A DNA stretch of 64,000 nt from Casimicrobiaceae bacterium (GCA_036491555.1 DASXBS010000038.1:2494-66493), one strand, 5' to 3'; shown: positions 20,836-30,674, counted from the stretch's first letter. Notes: generated by a model not told the origin, from the sequence alone. Program-made: numbers and translations.

Positions 20836-21621
20836 CTAGTCGGCGTTGGCGTCCCACGCGTTCACGAATTCCTGCCAGTGCGGGAGTCCCGTGGCGACGA
20901 TTTTTTCGCGGGCGAAGGACACCTCGGTCGCGTACTGACCCGCAGTGAGGACGCCACGCACCAGCTGGAAGCGCAGGTAGAGCAGATACGTGTTCATCGT
21001 ATCGGTCTCGCAGTAGCGCCGGATTTTCTCGAGATCTCCGGCCGCATGCGCGGCGTGGACCTGGCTGCCGTCGATGCCGAGCTTGCCGGGGAATCCGCAC
21101 AGCCGCGCCATCGCGTGCAGCCCCGCCGACGCCCGCGGCTGATACATCGCGAGCGCGTCCATGAGGTCGAGGTGGCGCGTGTGATAGCGGCTCAGATAGT
21201 TGTTGTACCTGTACTCGCGGTCGTCGTCGCCCCAGTCCCAGAACTTGGCCGCGCTCACGCCATGAATCATCGCGCGGTGGTTGAGCACCGGCAGGTCGAA
21301 TCCACCGCCGTTCCATGAGACCAACTGCGGCGTGAAGCGGTCGATGCCGTCGAAAAAGCGCCGGATGAGCTCGGGTTCGGGATCGCCGGTTTCACCCAGC
21401 GACCAGACGCGAAAGGTGTTGCCTTCGCGCATCGCGCAGGCGACCGCGACGATGCGCTGAAGATGCAGCGGCAGAAAGTCGCCGCCGGTGGCGGCGCGCC
21501 TCTGCTGCAGTCCCCACTCGAGGACATCGGCATCGGGCAAGTCTCCGGGCAACGCGTGCACCCGGCGTATGCCGGCGACGTCGGGAATCGTCTCGATGTC
21601 GAAAACGAGCGTGGGAGTCAT
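20836..21621 (-). CDS. stand-alone 3'-5' exonuclease, PolB exonuclease-domain-like (RNase H fold)
   Basis: C-terminal 261 aa of track ORF 20836..22317, from MTPTLVFDIETIPD (Exo I). Also has SWNGGGFDLPVL (Exo II) and YCETDTMNTY (Exo III). Confidence 0.8.
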   Translation of the reverse strand: MTPTLVFDIETIPDVAGIRRVHALPGDLPDADVLEWGLQQRRAATGGDFLPLHLQRIVAVACAMREGNTFRVWSLGETGDPEPELIRRFFDGIDRFTPQLVSWNGGGFDLPVLNHRAMIHGVSAAKFWDWGDDDREYRYNNYLSRYHTRHLDLMDALAMYQPRASAGLHAMARLCGFPGKLGIDGSQVHAAHAAGDLEKIRRYCETDTMNTYLLYLRFQLVRGVLTAGQYATEVSFAREKIVATGLPHWQEFVNAWDANAD

Positions 21622-21652
21622 GGGGCCGCGCGGCCGCGCCGCACCGTATCGC

Positions 21653-22540
21653 TCAACCGGGAAATACTCCGGTCGAGAGGTAACGATCGCCACGGTCGCA
21701 CGCGATGAACACGATCGTCGCGTCGGCGACCTGTCTCGAAATGCGAAGCGCCACCGCACACGCGCCGCCCGATGAGATGCCCGCGAAAATGCCCTCCTCG
21801 CGTGCCAGCGCGCGCGCCATGTCCTCCGCATCGGCCTGCGAGACTTCCTCGACGCGATCGACACGCCTGGCGTCGTAGATTTTCGGCAGGTACGCCTCCG
21901 GCCATTTGCGGATGCCCGGAATCTGCGAGCCTTCATCGGGCTGGCATCCGACGATCTGGATCGACGCGTTCTTTTCCTTGAGATAGCGGCCGGCACCCAT
22001 GATCGTGCCGGTGGTGCCCATGCTCGACACGAAGTGCGTGATGCCGCCGTCGGTGTCTCGCCAGATCTCGGGCCCGGTGGTCCGGTAGTGCGCGAGCGGA
22101 TTGTCGGGATTGGCGAACTGGTCGAGGATGAAGCCCTTGCCGTCGGCGCGCATTTTTTCGGCGACGTCGCGTGCCGTTTCCATGCCGCCCGCCTTGGGTG
22201 TGAGCACGATCTCGGCGCCGAAGGCGCGCATGGTCTGGCGGCGCTCCACGGAAAGGTGCTCGGGCATGACCAGTACCATTCGATAGCCGCGCATGGCCGC
22301 GGCCATCGCCAGCGCAATGCCGGTGTTGCCCGAGGTGGCCTCGATCAGCGTGTCGCCACGCTTGATCTGTCCGCGCGCTTCCGCTTCGACGACCATCGAC
22401 AGCGCAGGACGATCCTTCACCGAGCCGGCCGGGTTGTTGCCTTCGAGCTTGGCGAGCACGACGTTGGTGGTCGCCCCTGGTAACCGCTGCAGCCGGACCA
22501 GCGGCGTGTCGCCGACCGTGTCCTCGATGGTTTTGTACAT
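21653..22540 (-). CDS. cysM: cysteine synthase B
   Basis: Track ORF 21653..22642 trimmed to MYKTIEDTVGDTPLV. Contains LEGNNPAGSVKDRPA, SGNTGIALA and SSMGTTGT, and ends CDRGDRYLSTGVF. Confidence 0.92.
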   Translation of the reverse strand: MYKTIEDTVGDTPLVRLQRLPGATTNVVLAKLEGNNPAGSVKDRPALSMVVEAEARGQIKRGDTLIEATSGNTGIALAMAAAMRGYRMVLVMPEHLSVERRQTMRAFGAEIVLTPKAGGMETARDVAEKMRADGKGFILDQFANPDNPLAHYRTTGPEIWRDTDGGITHFVSSMGTTGTIMGAGRYLKEKNASIQIVGCQPDEGSQIPGIRKWPEAYLPKIYDARRVDRVEEVSQADAEDMARALAREEGIFAGISSGGACAVALRISRQVADATIVFIACDRGDRYLSTGVFPG

Positions 22541-22631
22541 GTGCGCTTGATCGAGATGCGAGCCCGATTGTAACCGACGCCTGTGCGGGACCGCGGCGGG
22601 CATGCTCGCAACGTCGGGACCGCACTGCCCC

Positions 22632-22662
22632 GAAAAGACCACCCCGCCGGGCGGCGGGGTGG
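22632..22662 (-). terminator. Rho-independent terminator downstream of comEA
   Basis: A 10-bp GC stem, CCACCCCGCC-gggc-GGCGGGGTGG (22639-22662), is followed on the minus strand by TCTTTTC. A second 7-bp hairpin (CGCGAGG...CCTCGCG) lies at about 22683-22704. Confidence 0.65.
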
Positions 22663-22719
22663 GTCGACAGTCGTTACGGGCGTCGCGAGGCGCCCGCCCC
22701 TCGCGCCATTGCGATCGCG

Positions 22720-23484
22720 TTATTTCTTGGTGTCGGTCGTGGCCTTGTCAGCCGTGGCCTTGTCGGTGGTGGCTTTCGTGCTCTTGCTCGACTTGGCATC
22801 GCTGGTGTCGGCGGCGGCCTTGGCATCCTTCTTCGCTTTAGCCTCGGCGTCCTTGGCATCCTTTTTCGCCTTCGCCTCGGCGTCTTTCTTGGCCTTCGCC
22901 TCCTGGGCCGCGTCGTCCTTCGCCTTCGCTTGCGCCTCCTTGTCGGCCTTCGCTTTCGCAGCCTTGGCTTCCTTGTCGGCCTTGTCTTTCTCCGCCTTGG
23001 TCATTTCCTTTGCGGGGGCGGCAGCGGGGGCGGCGGTGGGAGCGCTTGTTGCCGCCTTGGACGCAGGCGCGGCCGGCGCGGCGGCGGCAGGCGCGGCTGG
23101 CGCTGCGGATTTCATTGCAGGTGCAGTGGCGGCGGGAGCTGGCGTCGGCGCAGGAGCCATAGCCGGTGCAGCGGCTGCCTTGGTCTCGGTCTTCGCCTCA
23201 GTCTTCGCAGCGGGCACGACCACTGGCGTCGATGCGCCGCTCACGCTGATCATTCCCTTGATCTTGCTGTAGGTGCCTTCCTTGATCCCGCTGACTTTCA
23301 TGATGTCTTCGGGCGTCTTGAAAGGACCGTTCTTGGCGCGGTAGTCGACGATCGCCTGCGCCTTCACCGGACCGATTTCCGGTAGCGCGTCCAACTCTTC
23401 TTTGGTCGCCGTGTTGATGTTCACCGCGGCCAGCGCAAACGCAGAAAACAACAGCATCAACAACAGCAGAATGATTCGTTTCAT
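22720..23484 (-). CDS. comEA: ComEA-family helix-hairpin-helix DNA-binding protein with a long Ala/Pro/Lys-rich tail
   Basis: Has a signal peptide and the HhH core VNINTATKEELDALPEIGPVKAQAIVDYRAKNGPF. This is followed by about 160 aa of low complexity, first AAPAMAPAPTPAPAATAP and then KAKKDAEAKAKKDAKDAEAKAKKDAK. Confidence 0.85.
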   Translation of the reverse strand: MKRIILLLLMLLFSAFALAAVNINTATKEELDALPEIGPVKAQAIVDYRAKNGPFKTPEDIMKVSGIKEGTYSKIKGMISVSGASTPVVVPAAKTEAKTETKAAAAPAMAPAPTPAPAATAPAMKSAAPAAPAAAAPAAPASKAATSAPTAAPAAAPAKEMTKAEKDKADKEAKAAKAKADKEAQAKAKDDAAQEAKAKKDAEAKAKKDAKDAEAKAKKDAKAAADTSDAKSSKSTKATTDKATADKATTDTKK

Positions 23485-23583
23485 GTGTCCCCTCCGAAAA
23501 TGCGCTTCGCCGCGGTGCGGTTACACCGTCGGGCGCGCAGCGCGCCGGTCGTCGCCGGATCGCATCACGCGCGCGCAGCGATG

Positions 23584-24597
23584 TTAAGCGCTGGATTGCG
23601 ATTGGGCAAGCAGTGTACGCACGCATTCGGCGACCCCCTGCGCGACTGGCGCGAAGGGAGCGCCGTACCCCGCCGCGCGCAGGCGCGAGACGTCGGCTTG
23701 GGTGAAGCTCTGGTACTTGCCGGCGAGACCCGGCGGGAACGCGATGTATTCGATCGATCCGCCCCGATGCAGATCGAGAAAAGGCATCGGCGCCGCGCCC
23801 TCCGCTGCTCTGCACGCGTTGATCGTCGCTTCGGCGACCGCGTTAAAGCTCGCTGCACTGCCGGTGCCGACATTGAAGATGCCCGATTGGTCGCCGCGGT
23901 CGAGGAAATGGAGGTTGACGGCGACGACATCGTCGACGCTCACGAAATCGCGCTGCTGCTCGCCCGCGGCAAAACCGTCCGAGCCCTGGAAAAGCTGGAC
24001 CTTCCTGCTGCCTCGATACTGGTTGAAGAAATGCCACACCACCGAGGCCATGCGGCCCTTGTGCGCCTCGCGCGGACCGTAGACATTGAAGTAGCGAAAG
24101 CCGGCGATCTGCGAAGTGCGTTCCGGCAGCGTTCGCCGCACGTACTGGTCGAACAACAGCTTCGAATAGCCGTAGACGTTGAGTGGCGCCTCGCACTCGC
24201 GCTCCTCGCGAAACGCCCGCCCGGCACCGTATACCGAGGCCGACGACGCATAGAGCAGGGGGATATCGTTGTCCTGGCAGTGCTCGAGCAGGCTGATCGA
24301 GTACCGGTAATTGTTCGCGAGCATGTAGCGGCCGTCGGTCTCCATCGTGTCGGAGCAAGCGCCCTGATGCAGCACTGCGGAAATGCCATCGTCGAATGCA
24401 TCGTCCTGCAGCCGCCGCAGGAAATCGTCCTGATCGAAATAATCGGCGATGTCGCAATCGACGAGATTGCGGAATTTGTCGCCCTGTGCCAGGTTGTCGA
24501 CGGCGATGATGCGATCCTCGCCGCGGGCGTTGAGCGCCTTCACGATGTTGGAGCCGATGAAGCCTGCGGCGCCGGTGACGACGGTGTACACGGTCAC
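23584..24597 (-). CDS. hldD: ADP-L-glycero-D-manno-heptose 6-epimerase
   Basis: 337 aa. Starts [23 protein letters not shown]. Contains YASSASVYG and [11 protein letters not shown]. Confidence 0.93.
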   Translation of the reverse strand: MTVYTVVTGAAGFIGSNIVKALNARGEDRIIAVDNLAQGDKFRNLVDCDIADYFDQDDFLRRLQDDAFDDGISAVLHQGACSDTMETDGRYMLANNYRYSISLLEHCQDNDIPLLYASSASVYGAGRAFREERECEAPLNVYGYSKLLFDQYVRRTLPERTSQIAGFRYFNVYGPREAHKGRMASVVWHFFNQYRGSRKVQLFQGSDGFAAGEQQRDFVSVDDVVAVNLHFLDRGDQSGIFNVGTGSAASFNAVAEATINACRAAEGAAPMPFLDLHRGGSIEYIAFPPGLAGKYQSFTQADVSRLRAAGYGAPFAPVAQGVAECVRTLLAQSQSSA

Positions 24598-24622
24598 GTC
24601 CGCAGAGCGGTCACGAAATTTC

Positions 24623-25717
24623 TCACAGCTCGATGTCGACCTTTCCGATTTCGGTGCTCACACACGGCACGCGCGGAGCGACCGCGCACAGCAGCTCGTA
24701 GCCGACCGTGCTCGCCGCCGCGGCGACATCGTCGACGGATAGGCCTCCGCCCCAGAGCACGACCGGACTTCCTGGCGCGGCCTCAGGCACCTCGGTGAGG
24801 TCGACGGTCATCATGTCCATCGACACGCGGCCGGCGGTGCGCACTTTCTTGCCGCACACCAGCACCGGCGTACCGTTCGGCGCGTGGCGTGGATAACCGT
24901 CGGCATAGCCACACGCAATTACGCCGATGCGATGCGCGCGCGCCGCGGTGTAGCCGCCGCCGTAGCCGACCGTCGCATTTGCCTTGATGTCCTGGATGGC
25001 GATGATCTCGCTGCGCAGCGTCATCACCGGAACAAGTTTCAGCGCTTCGGCGGTGTCGTAGGGAAAAGGTGACGAGCCGTAGAGCATGATGCCGGGGCGC
25101 ACGTAATCGCCGCCAACCTCGGCGAAGCGAAGCACACCCGCCGAATTAGCCACCGAACGCGGATACGGCAAGCCCTTGCACGCATTATCGAACACCTGCA
25201 TCTGCTCGGCGATGCCTTCGTCCTCGTCGGCACGGGCGAGGTGCGTCATCAGCCGCAGCGCGGCGACGCTCGCCGCCGAAGACAGTCGCTGCGCGACGTC
25301 TTGTACTTCGTCGGGACGGAAACCGAGCCGATTCATTCCCGAATTGATCTTGATGAACACCTCGAGCGGACGACTGAGCTCGCTCGCTTCGAGCATGCGC
25401 ACCTGATCTATGTGGTGCACAACTACGGCGAGTCGGCGCGCGGCAATCTCGGCTAGCTCACTTGGCGCGAAGAACCCTTCGAGCAGCAGGATCCGGCGCG
25501 CATAATGCTTCTCGCGCAGTGCGATCGCAGCATCGAGCTCGAGCAGCGCAAGGCCATCGGCGTCGGCCAGCGCCGGCAGGACGCGCATGAGGCCGTGACC
25601 GTAGGCGTTCGCCTTGACCACGGCAAGCAGCTGTGCGCTGGCCGCGCGCTCGCGCGCGATGGAGAGATTGGCCCGCAACGCCGCCAGGTTGATCTGCGCA
25701 AGTATCGGACGAGTCAT
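24623..25717 (-). CDS. alr: alanine racemase
   Basis: Track ORF 24623..25819 trimmed to [18 protein letters not shown]. Has the PLP-lysine motif [11 protein letters not shown]. Confidence 0.92.
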   Translation of the reverse strand: MTRPILAQINLAALRANLSIARERAASAQLLAVVKANAYGHGLMRVLPALADADGLALLELDAAIALREKHYARRILLLEGFFAPSELAEIAARRLAVVVHHIDQVRMLEASELSRPLEVFIKINSGMNRLGFRPDEVQDVAQRLSSAASVAALRLMTHLARADEDEGIAEQMQVFDNACKGLPYPRSVANSAGVLRFAEVGGDYVRPGIMLYGSSPFPYDTAEALKLVPVMTLRSEIIAIQDIKANATVGYGGGYTAARAHRIGVIACGYADGYPRHAPNGTPVLVCGKKVRTAGRVSMDMMTVDLTEVPEAAPGSPVVLWGGGLSVDDVAAAASTVGYELLCAVAPRVPCVSTEIGKVDIEL

Positions 25718-25901
25718 GACGACGCGGCGCGGATCGAAGAAGAACCTTGGGGGCGCGGTTTGGTCTGAGGTAATGAAACGTGGTATAAGGCGCGAGCCGC
25801 AGGCGCCGTGCGGTTCCAATTATACACAAGCAGAGCGCACGCTCCCCGGCTTGCGCGCGCCGGGCGGAGGACACCCCAGAGGGTCCACGCATTCGAGGAC
25901 A

Positions 25902-27182
25902 ATGAAGGCCGGGTTCTACACCATCATGGCGGCGCAGTTCTTTTCGTCGCTCGCCGACAACGCGCTTCTTGTCGCCGCCATCCAGATGCTGCGCGATTTC
26001 GATTCGCCGAGCTGGATGACGCCAGCACTCAAGCAGTGCTTCGTCATCTCGTACGTCGTGCTCGCGCCACTGGTGGGCGCATTCGCCGATTCGATGCCCA
26101 AGGGACGCGTGATGCTGATCACCAACGGCATCAAGATCGTCGGCTGCTCGCTCATGCTGTTCACGCTGCATCCGCTCCTCGCGTATGCGCTGGTCGGACT
26201 CGGCGCGGCCGCGTATTCCCCCGCGAAGTACGGAATCCTCACCGAGCTTCTTCCGTCGCGGCAGCTGGTCGTGGCCAACGGCTGGATCGAGGGCACGACC
26301 GTCGCCTCGATCATTCTCGGCTACGTGCTCGGCGGGCTGCTGATCAGCGGACCGATTTCCGGGACGCTGCTCGCGATCGACATCCCGCACATCGACACCG
26401 GCATCAATACGCCGCCGCAGGCCGCGATCTCGGTCATCATGGGTTGCTATGCAGTTGCCGCCATCTTCAACTGGTACATCCCCGATACCGGCGTCGCGCA
26501 TCGTGCGCCGAGCAAGAATCCGCTGTTCCTGATTCGCGAATTCGGGCATTGCTGCGCGCTGCTGTGGCGCGACAAGCTGGGCCAGATCTCGCTGGCGACA
26601 ACGACGCTGTTCTGGGGCGCGGGTGCCACGCTCCAGTTCATCGTGATCGACTGGGCCGCGTCGCACCTGTGCTACGACCTGTCGCGCGCCGCGTTCATGC
26701 AAGGCGTGGTCGCGATCGGCATTGCGCTGGGCGCGGTGCTGGCGGCGAAGTTCATCGCACTGCGCAACGCCGTGAAGGTCCTGCCGCTGGGCGTGCTGAT
26801 GGGTGTCGGCGTGATCGCGATGACCTACGTCTACTCGCTGCAGCCGGCAGTGCTGATCATGACGCTGATCGGCGCCTTCGCCGGCTTTTTCGTCGTGCCG
26901 ATGAACGCGCTGCTCCAGCACCGCGGACACGTGCTGATGGGCGCCGGCCACTCGATCGCGGTGCAGAATTTCAACGAGAACATCGGCGTGCTGGTGATGC
27001 TCACGCTCTACGGATTGCTGCTGTTCTTCGGCGCCTCGACCAACACGGTGATCGTGCTCTTCGGCCTGTTCGTCGCGGGCACGATGCTGCTGGTGATGGT
27101 GCGCCATCGTCTGAACCTCGCCGCGGGCGATCTCGCTCATCTGGCCGCGAGCGACCGCGTGGAACCGACGCCCGGACGCTAG
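25902..27182 (+). CDS. lplT: lysophospholipid transporter LplT (MFS)
   Basis: Part of track ORF 25614..27182, from MKAGFYTIMAAQFFSSLADNALL. The segment GLGAAAYSPAKYGIL...FFVVPMNALLQ is collinear with E. coli LplT. Confidence 0.88.
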   Translation: MKAGFYTIMAAQFFSSLADNALLVAAIQMLRDFDSPSWMTPALKQCFVISYVVLAPLVGAFADSMPKGRVMLITNGIKIVGCSLMLFTLHPLLAYALVGLGAAAYSPAKYGILTELLPSRQLVVANGWIEGTTVASIILGYVLGGLLISGPISGTLLAIDIPHIDTGINTPPQAAISVIMGCYAVAAIFNWYIPDTGVAHRAPSKNPLFLIREFGHCCALLWRDKLGQISLATTTLFWGAGATLQFIVIDWAASHLCYDLSRAAFMQGVVAIGIALGAVLAAKFIALRNAVKVLPLGVLMGVGVIAMTYVYSLQPAVLIMTLIGAFAGFFVVPMNALLQHRGHVLMGAGHSIAVQNFNENIGVLVMLTLYGLLLFFGASTNTVIVLFGLFVAGTMLLVMVRHRLNLAAGDLAHLAASDRVEPTPGR

Positions 27183-27234
27183 ACGCTCGCTCAGGAGCGA
27201 TCGCTGCAATCGCGCAGCTCGCGGCGCGCCTGTA

Positions 27235-27741
27235 CTACAACACGATCGGCGCGTCTGGAAGCTCGTTGGGGCCCGCGCCCGTGCGCGGAAAGTGCGCCGC
27301 AAGCAGGCCGTTGATCGCATCGATGCCGTCGATTGCCCCTTCCGCAAAGCGCTTTTCTCGAAACGCGGCTTCCATCCCGCGACAAATCGCCGCCCATGCC
27401 TCGTCGCCCACCCTGCGATGTATGCCGCGGTCGGCGACGATTTCCACATCGCGATCGGCAAGCAGCAGGTAGATGAGCACGCCGCAATTCTCCTCGGTGT
27501 CCCAGATGCGCAGGCGGCTGAAGACCTCCAGCGCGCGTTCGCGCGGCGTCTCGCCGCGAACGAGCTGCGTCATCGGAAGCGATCCTTCCACGACGAAGCG
27601 CACCTGCCCGCTGTGCATCGCCTCGCCCGACGTGATCGCCGCACCGATGCGCTGCATCACCGTTGGCGGGAAGGCACGGCGCGCCGACCAGTGGTCAGTG
27701 ACGAGGTGCCGCCCGAAACGAAGGGGTTTGCGATCAGCCAT
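27235..27741 (-). CDS. TPM domain-containing protein (cytoplasmic-type, third gene of the LemA operon)
   Basis: 168 aa. Contains GQVRFVVEGSL...ENCGVLIYLLLADRDVEIVADRGI, which is the TPM/TLP18.3-like pattern. Confidence 0.75.
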   Translation of the reverse strand: MADRKPLRFGRHLVTDHWSARRAFPPTVMQRIGAAITSGEAMHSGQVRFVVEGSLPMTQLVRGETPRERALEVFSRLRIWDTEENCGVLIYLLLADRDVEIVADRGIHRRVGDEAWAAICRGMEAAFREKRFAEGAIDGIDAINGLLAAHFPRTGAGPNELPDAPIVL

Positions 27742-27750
27742 GAGGTAATC

Positions 27751-28686
27751 CTAGTCCCATCCACCCGAAGCGCCGCCGCCGCCGAATCCGCCGCCGCCAC
27801 CGGAGAATCCTCCCCCGCCGCCGCCAAATCCACCGAGGCCACCGCCACCACCGCCACCGATTGGAATCCAGCCGCCGCGGCCACCCAATATCGAGAACAG
27901 GATGATGAAAAAGGCCACGATGCCGGCGATGCCGGCGATCAACAGCGAGCCTGCGACGAACCACGCGGCGACGCCGGCGAGGCCGGCGCCCGCGACCGAT
28001 CCGCCGAGATTGCCGAGCATCGAGCGCAGAACAGCACCGACCACCGGGACCGCGACCAGCAGGACGATGAACAGCGTGCCGAAATCGATGTTGCCCGAAC
28101 GTGCGGGCTTGCGCGCCTGCTTGCCTGGAGGCGGCAGCGGCTTGCCGTCGTCGACGACGGCGATGATGCGGTCGACGCCGGCGTCGATCCCGGCGGCGAA
28201 CTTGCCTTGCGAAAACAGCGGCGCGACGGTTTCTCCGATGATCCTGCGCGAGGTGACGTCGGTAAGCACGCCTTCGAAGCCGTAGCCCACCTCGATGCGC
28301 ATGCGCTTGTCGTCCTTGGCCACGATGAAAATCGCGCCGTTGTCCTCGCCCTTCTGACCTATCTTCCACGCTTCGGCGACGCGGATGCCGTACTCATCGA
28401 TCGATTCCGGCACGGTCGTGGGGACCACCAGGACGACGAGCTGGTTGGTGGTGCGCGCCTCCCACGCGGCGAGCTTGGCATCGAGCGCCTGGCGCTCACC
28501 CGCGTTCAACGTGTTGGTGAGGTCGACGACGCGCCCGGTGAGCGGCGGCACCGGATGCAGACCATCCTTGCCGGTATCCCAGGTCGCGGCGGCGCATGAC
28601 CAAGAAACCGCCGCCAGCGTGGCGACGAGCAGCGCGACGGCGATGCCGCGCGCCGCTGCAAGGATCCGGTGAGCGCTGACGGTCAC
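27751..28686 (-). CDS. TPM domain-containing membrane protein (YgcG-like) with a poly-Gly C-terminus
   Basis: Has a signal/anchor segment and a TPM core, RVVDLTNTLNAGERQALDAKL...LVVLVVPT...GAIFIVAKDDKRMRIEVGYG. It then has TM segments and ends GGGGGGLGGFGGGGGGFSGGGGGFGGGGASGGWD. Confidence 0.82.
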   Translation of the reverse strand: MTVSAHRILAAARGIAVALLVATLAAVSWSCAAATWDTGKDGLHPVPPLTGRVVDLTNTLNAGERQALDAKLAAWEARTTNQLVVLVVPTTVPESIDEYGIRVAEAWKIGQKGEDNGAIFIVAKDDKRMRIEVGYGFEGVLTDVTSRRIIGETVAPLFSQGKFAAGIDAGVDRIIAVVDDGKPLPPPGKQARKPARSGNIDFGTLFIVLLVAVPVVGAVLRSMLGNLGGSVAGAGLAGVAAWFVAGSLLIAGIAGIVAFFIILFSILGGRGGWIPIGGGGGGGLGGFGGGGGGFSGGGGGFGGGGASGGWD

Positions 28687-28722
28687 GATGCGGCTACGGC
28701 GGCCGACGCGACCCGCGGGACA

Positions 28723-29358
28723 CTACTTGGTCGCCGGAGCGGGCGTCGCGGGCTGCTTGCTGAAATCGACCGTCGGCGGAGCACTGATCGACTTCTCGTT
28801 GTCCACCGTGAAGTTGGGCTTCACGTCCATCTTGAACAACATCGCGGTCAGGTTGGTCGGGAACGAGCGCACGGTGACGTTGAATTCCTGCACTGCCTTG
28901 ATGTAGCGATTGCGCGCGACGGCGATGCGATTTTCCGTGCCCTCGAGTTGCGACTGCAGGTCCCGGAAGTTCTGATCAGACTTCAGGTTCGGATAGTTTT
29001 CGGCGACCACCAGCAGGCGCGACAACGCCGACTGCAACTGATTCTGCGCCGCCTGAAATTTGGCGAACGCGACCGGGTCATTGATGAGCTCCGGCGTCGC
29101 CTGAATGCTGCCCACGCTGGCACGCGCGTTGGTGACTTCGGTGAGCACGCGCTCTTCCTGCGCGGCGTAGCCCTTCACCGTGTTGACGAGGTTGGGCACC
29201 AGATCGGCGCGGCGCTGGTACTGATTGAGCACTTCGGACCATGCCGACTTGATCTGTTCGTCCTGGCGCTGCAGGTCGTTGTATCCGCAACCGGCCAGGC
29301 TAAGCGTCACCGCGATCGCGGCCAGTGCGGCTGCGGTCGAACCGAACGTCGTGCGCAT
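28723..29358 (-). CDS. lemA: LemA family lipoprotein
   Basis: Lipobox LSLAGC, then YNDLQRQDEQIKSAWSEVLNQYQRRADLVPNLV...AENYPNLKS...EGTENRIAVARNRY. Confidence 0.9.
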   Translation of the reverse strand: MRTTFGSTAAALAAIAVTLSLAGCGYNDLQRQDEQIKSAWSEVLNQYQRRADLVPNLVNTVKGYAAQEERVLTEVTNARASVGSIQATPELINDPVAFAKFQAAQNQLQSALSRLLVVAENYPNLKSDQNFRDLQSQLEGTENRIAVARNRYIKAVQEFNVTVRSFPTNLTAMLFKMDVKPNFTVDNEKSISAPPTVDFSKQPATPAPATK

Positions 29359-29403
29359 TCGAACCTCCCGTACGTGTCAACGCGGGGGAGAGTCCCGCCT
29401 GAC

Positions 29404-30180
29404 TCAGTTGGGGGCCCTTCCTGCGCCTCGCAAGTCCGCCTCGACCTGCAGGGTGCGCATGGTGGCCCGTGCAAGGCAGAGATCTTCCCACGCCTTCGCC
29501 TTGTCGGGCAAGTTGCGAAGCAGATACGCCGGGTGATACGTCACGATCAGCGGCACCCCGCGATAGCGGTGCACGCGCCCGCGCATGCTCGCGATGCTGG
29601 CGTCGGCCTCGAGCAATGTCGTCGCTGCGCTCCGGCCGAGCGCGATGAGCAGTTTCGGACCGATGAGCTCGATCTGGCGGTCCAGATAGGCGCGGCAAGC
29701 CAGCGTTTCCAGTGGCGTCGGCGCGCGGTTGCCCGGGGGCCGGCACTTGAGCACGTTGGCGATGTACACGTTCTTGTCGCGGCGCATGCCGAGCGCGAGC
29801 AGCATGTTGTCGAGCAGGCGACCCGCCTGCCCCACAAAGGGCTCGCCGCGCTCGTCTTCCTCGGCGCCAGGAGCCTCGCCGACGAACATCCACTGTGCGC
29901 GCACGTCGCCCACGCCGGGCACCGGACGCCGGCGCGTCTTGCACAGCTCGCACGCGGTGCACGCCGCCACGTCCGACGCGAAATCGCGCCATTGCAGCGC
30001 TGCGATGCGCGCACCACGCGCGTCATGCGTTGTGCCGGCGACGACGGACTCACGCGGAGCGGCCTCCCGCGCGACGTGCAGTGCGGGAAGCGGCGCCGGA
30101 CCCGCTGGCGCGAGCCGCTGACGGCGCAGCCGCCATAGCGGGGCGAGACCCAGTTCCTGCATGAGCTGATCGCGATTCAT
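29404..30180 (-). CDS. uracil-DNA glycosylase, family 4
   Basis: C-terminal 258 aa of track ORF 29404..30558, from MNRDQLMQELGL. Has CTACELC, GEAPGAEED and HPAYLLR motifs. Confidence 0.88.
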   Translation of the reverse strand: MNRDQLMQELGLAPLWRLRRQRLAPAGPAPLPALHVAREAAPRESVVAGTTHDARGARIAALQWRDFASDVAACTACELCKTRRRPVPGVGDVRAQWMFVGEAPGAEEDERGEPFVGQAGRLLDNMLLALGMRRDKNVYIANVLKCRPPGNRAPTPLETLACRAYLDRQIELIGPKLLIALGRSAATTLLEADASIASMRGRVHRYRGVPLIVTYHPAYLLRNLPDKAKAWEDLCLARATMRTLQVEADLRGAGRAPN

Positions 30181-30674
30181 CGCTCGCGCAACCCGAGCCG
30201 GAGCACCAGCGCATCCTCGCGCGCGCCGCCTGCCGGCGCCGACGGATAGTAGCCCGCGCGCCGCGCGACCGGCATGAAGCCCTCTGCCGCGTACAGTGCG
30301 AGCGCTGCCAGATTGGACTCGCGCACTTCCAGGAAGCATTGGTCCGCGCCGCGGTCGAGCGCATCGTCGATCAGGCGCCGCAGCAGCTCGCGCCCGATGC
30401 CGTGGCGGCGCGACGCCGCGGCGACGGTGAGATTGAGCAATTGCGCTTCTCCCGGAGCCAGCATGAGCACGGCGTAGGCGACGATCTCGCCGTCGAGTTC
30501 GCCTACCGTGGTCCCATACCCCGCCGCCAGCGCGTCGCGGAAGTTGGCTGCGCTCCACGGTGCGATGTGCGCCTGCGATTCCAGCTCCGCGACAATCGCG
30601 ACATCGCTCTCGTGCATCGGGCGCCAGCGCACGGCGGGAAGCAGATCCGCGCTGCGAACGAGTGCCGCGCTCAA
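30177..30674 (-). CDS. rimI: ribosomal-protein-alanine N-acetyltransferase
   Basis: GNAT fold, with LLNLTVAAASRRHGIGRELL and LEVRESNLAALALY. The start is either TTG at 30674 (a TTGA overlap with the tsaB stop) or ATG at 30617. The stop overlaps the UDG start (ATGA). Confidence 0.85.
   Translation of the reverse strand: MSAALVRSADLLPAVRWRPMHESDVAIVAELESQAHIAPWSAANFRDALAAGYGTTVGELDGEIVAYAVLMLAPGEAQLLNLTVAAASRRHGIGRELLRRLIDDALDRGADQCFLEVRESNLAALALYAAEGFMPVARRAGYYPSAPAGGAREDALVLRLGLRER

Noticed and set aside
22583-23272. A 229-aa plus-strand ORF rich in Ala/Gly/Val repeats, and the possibility that the repetitive DNA is a non-coding or CRISPR-like repeat array.
   Set aside because: It is the antisense mirror of the low-complexity tail of comEA. 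The repeats are short, imperfect and in-frame coding repeats without spacers.
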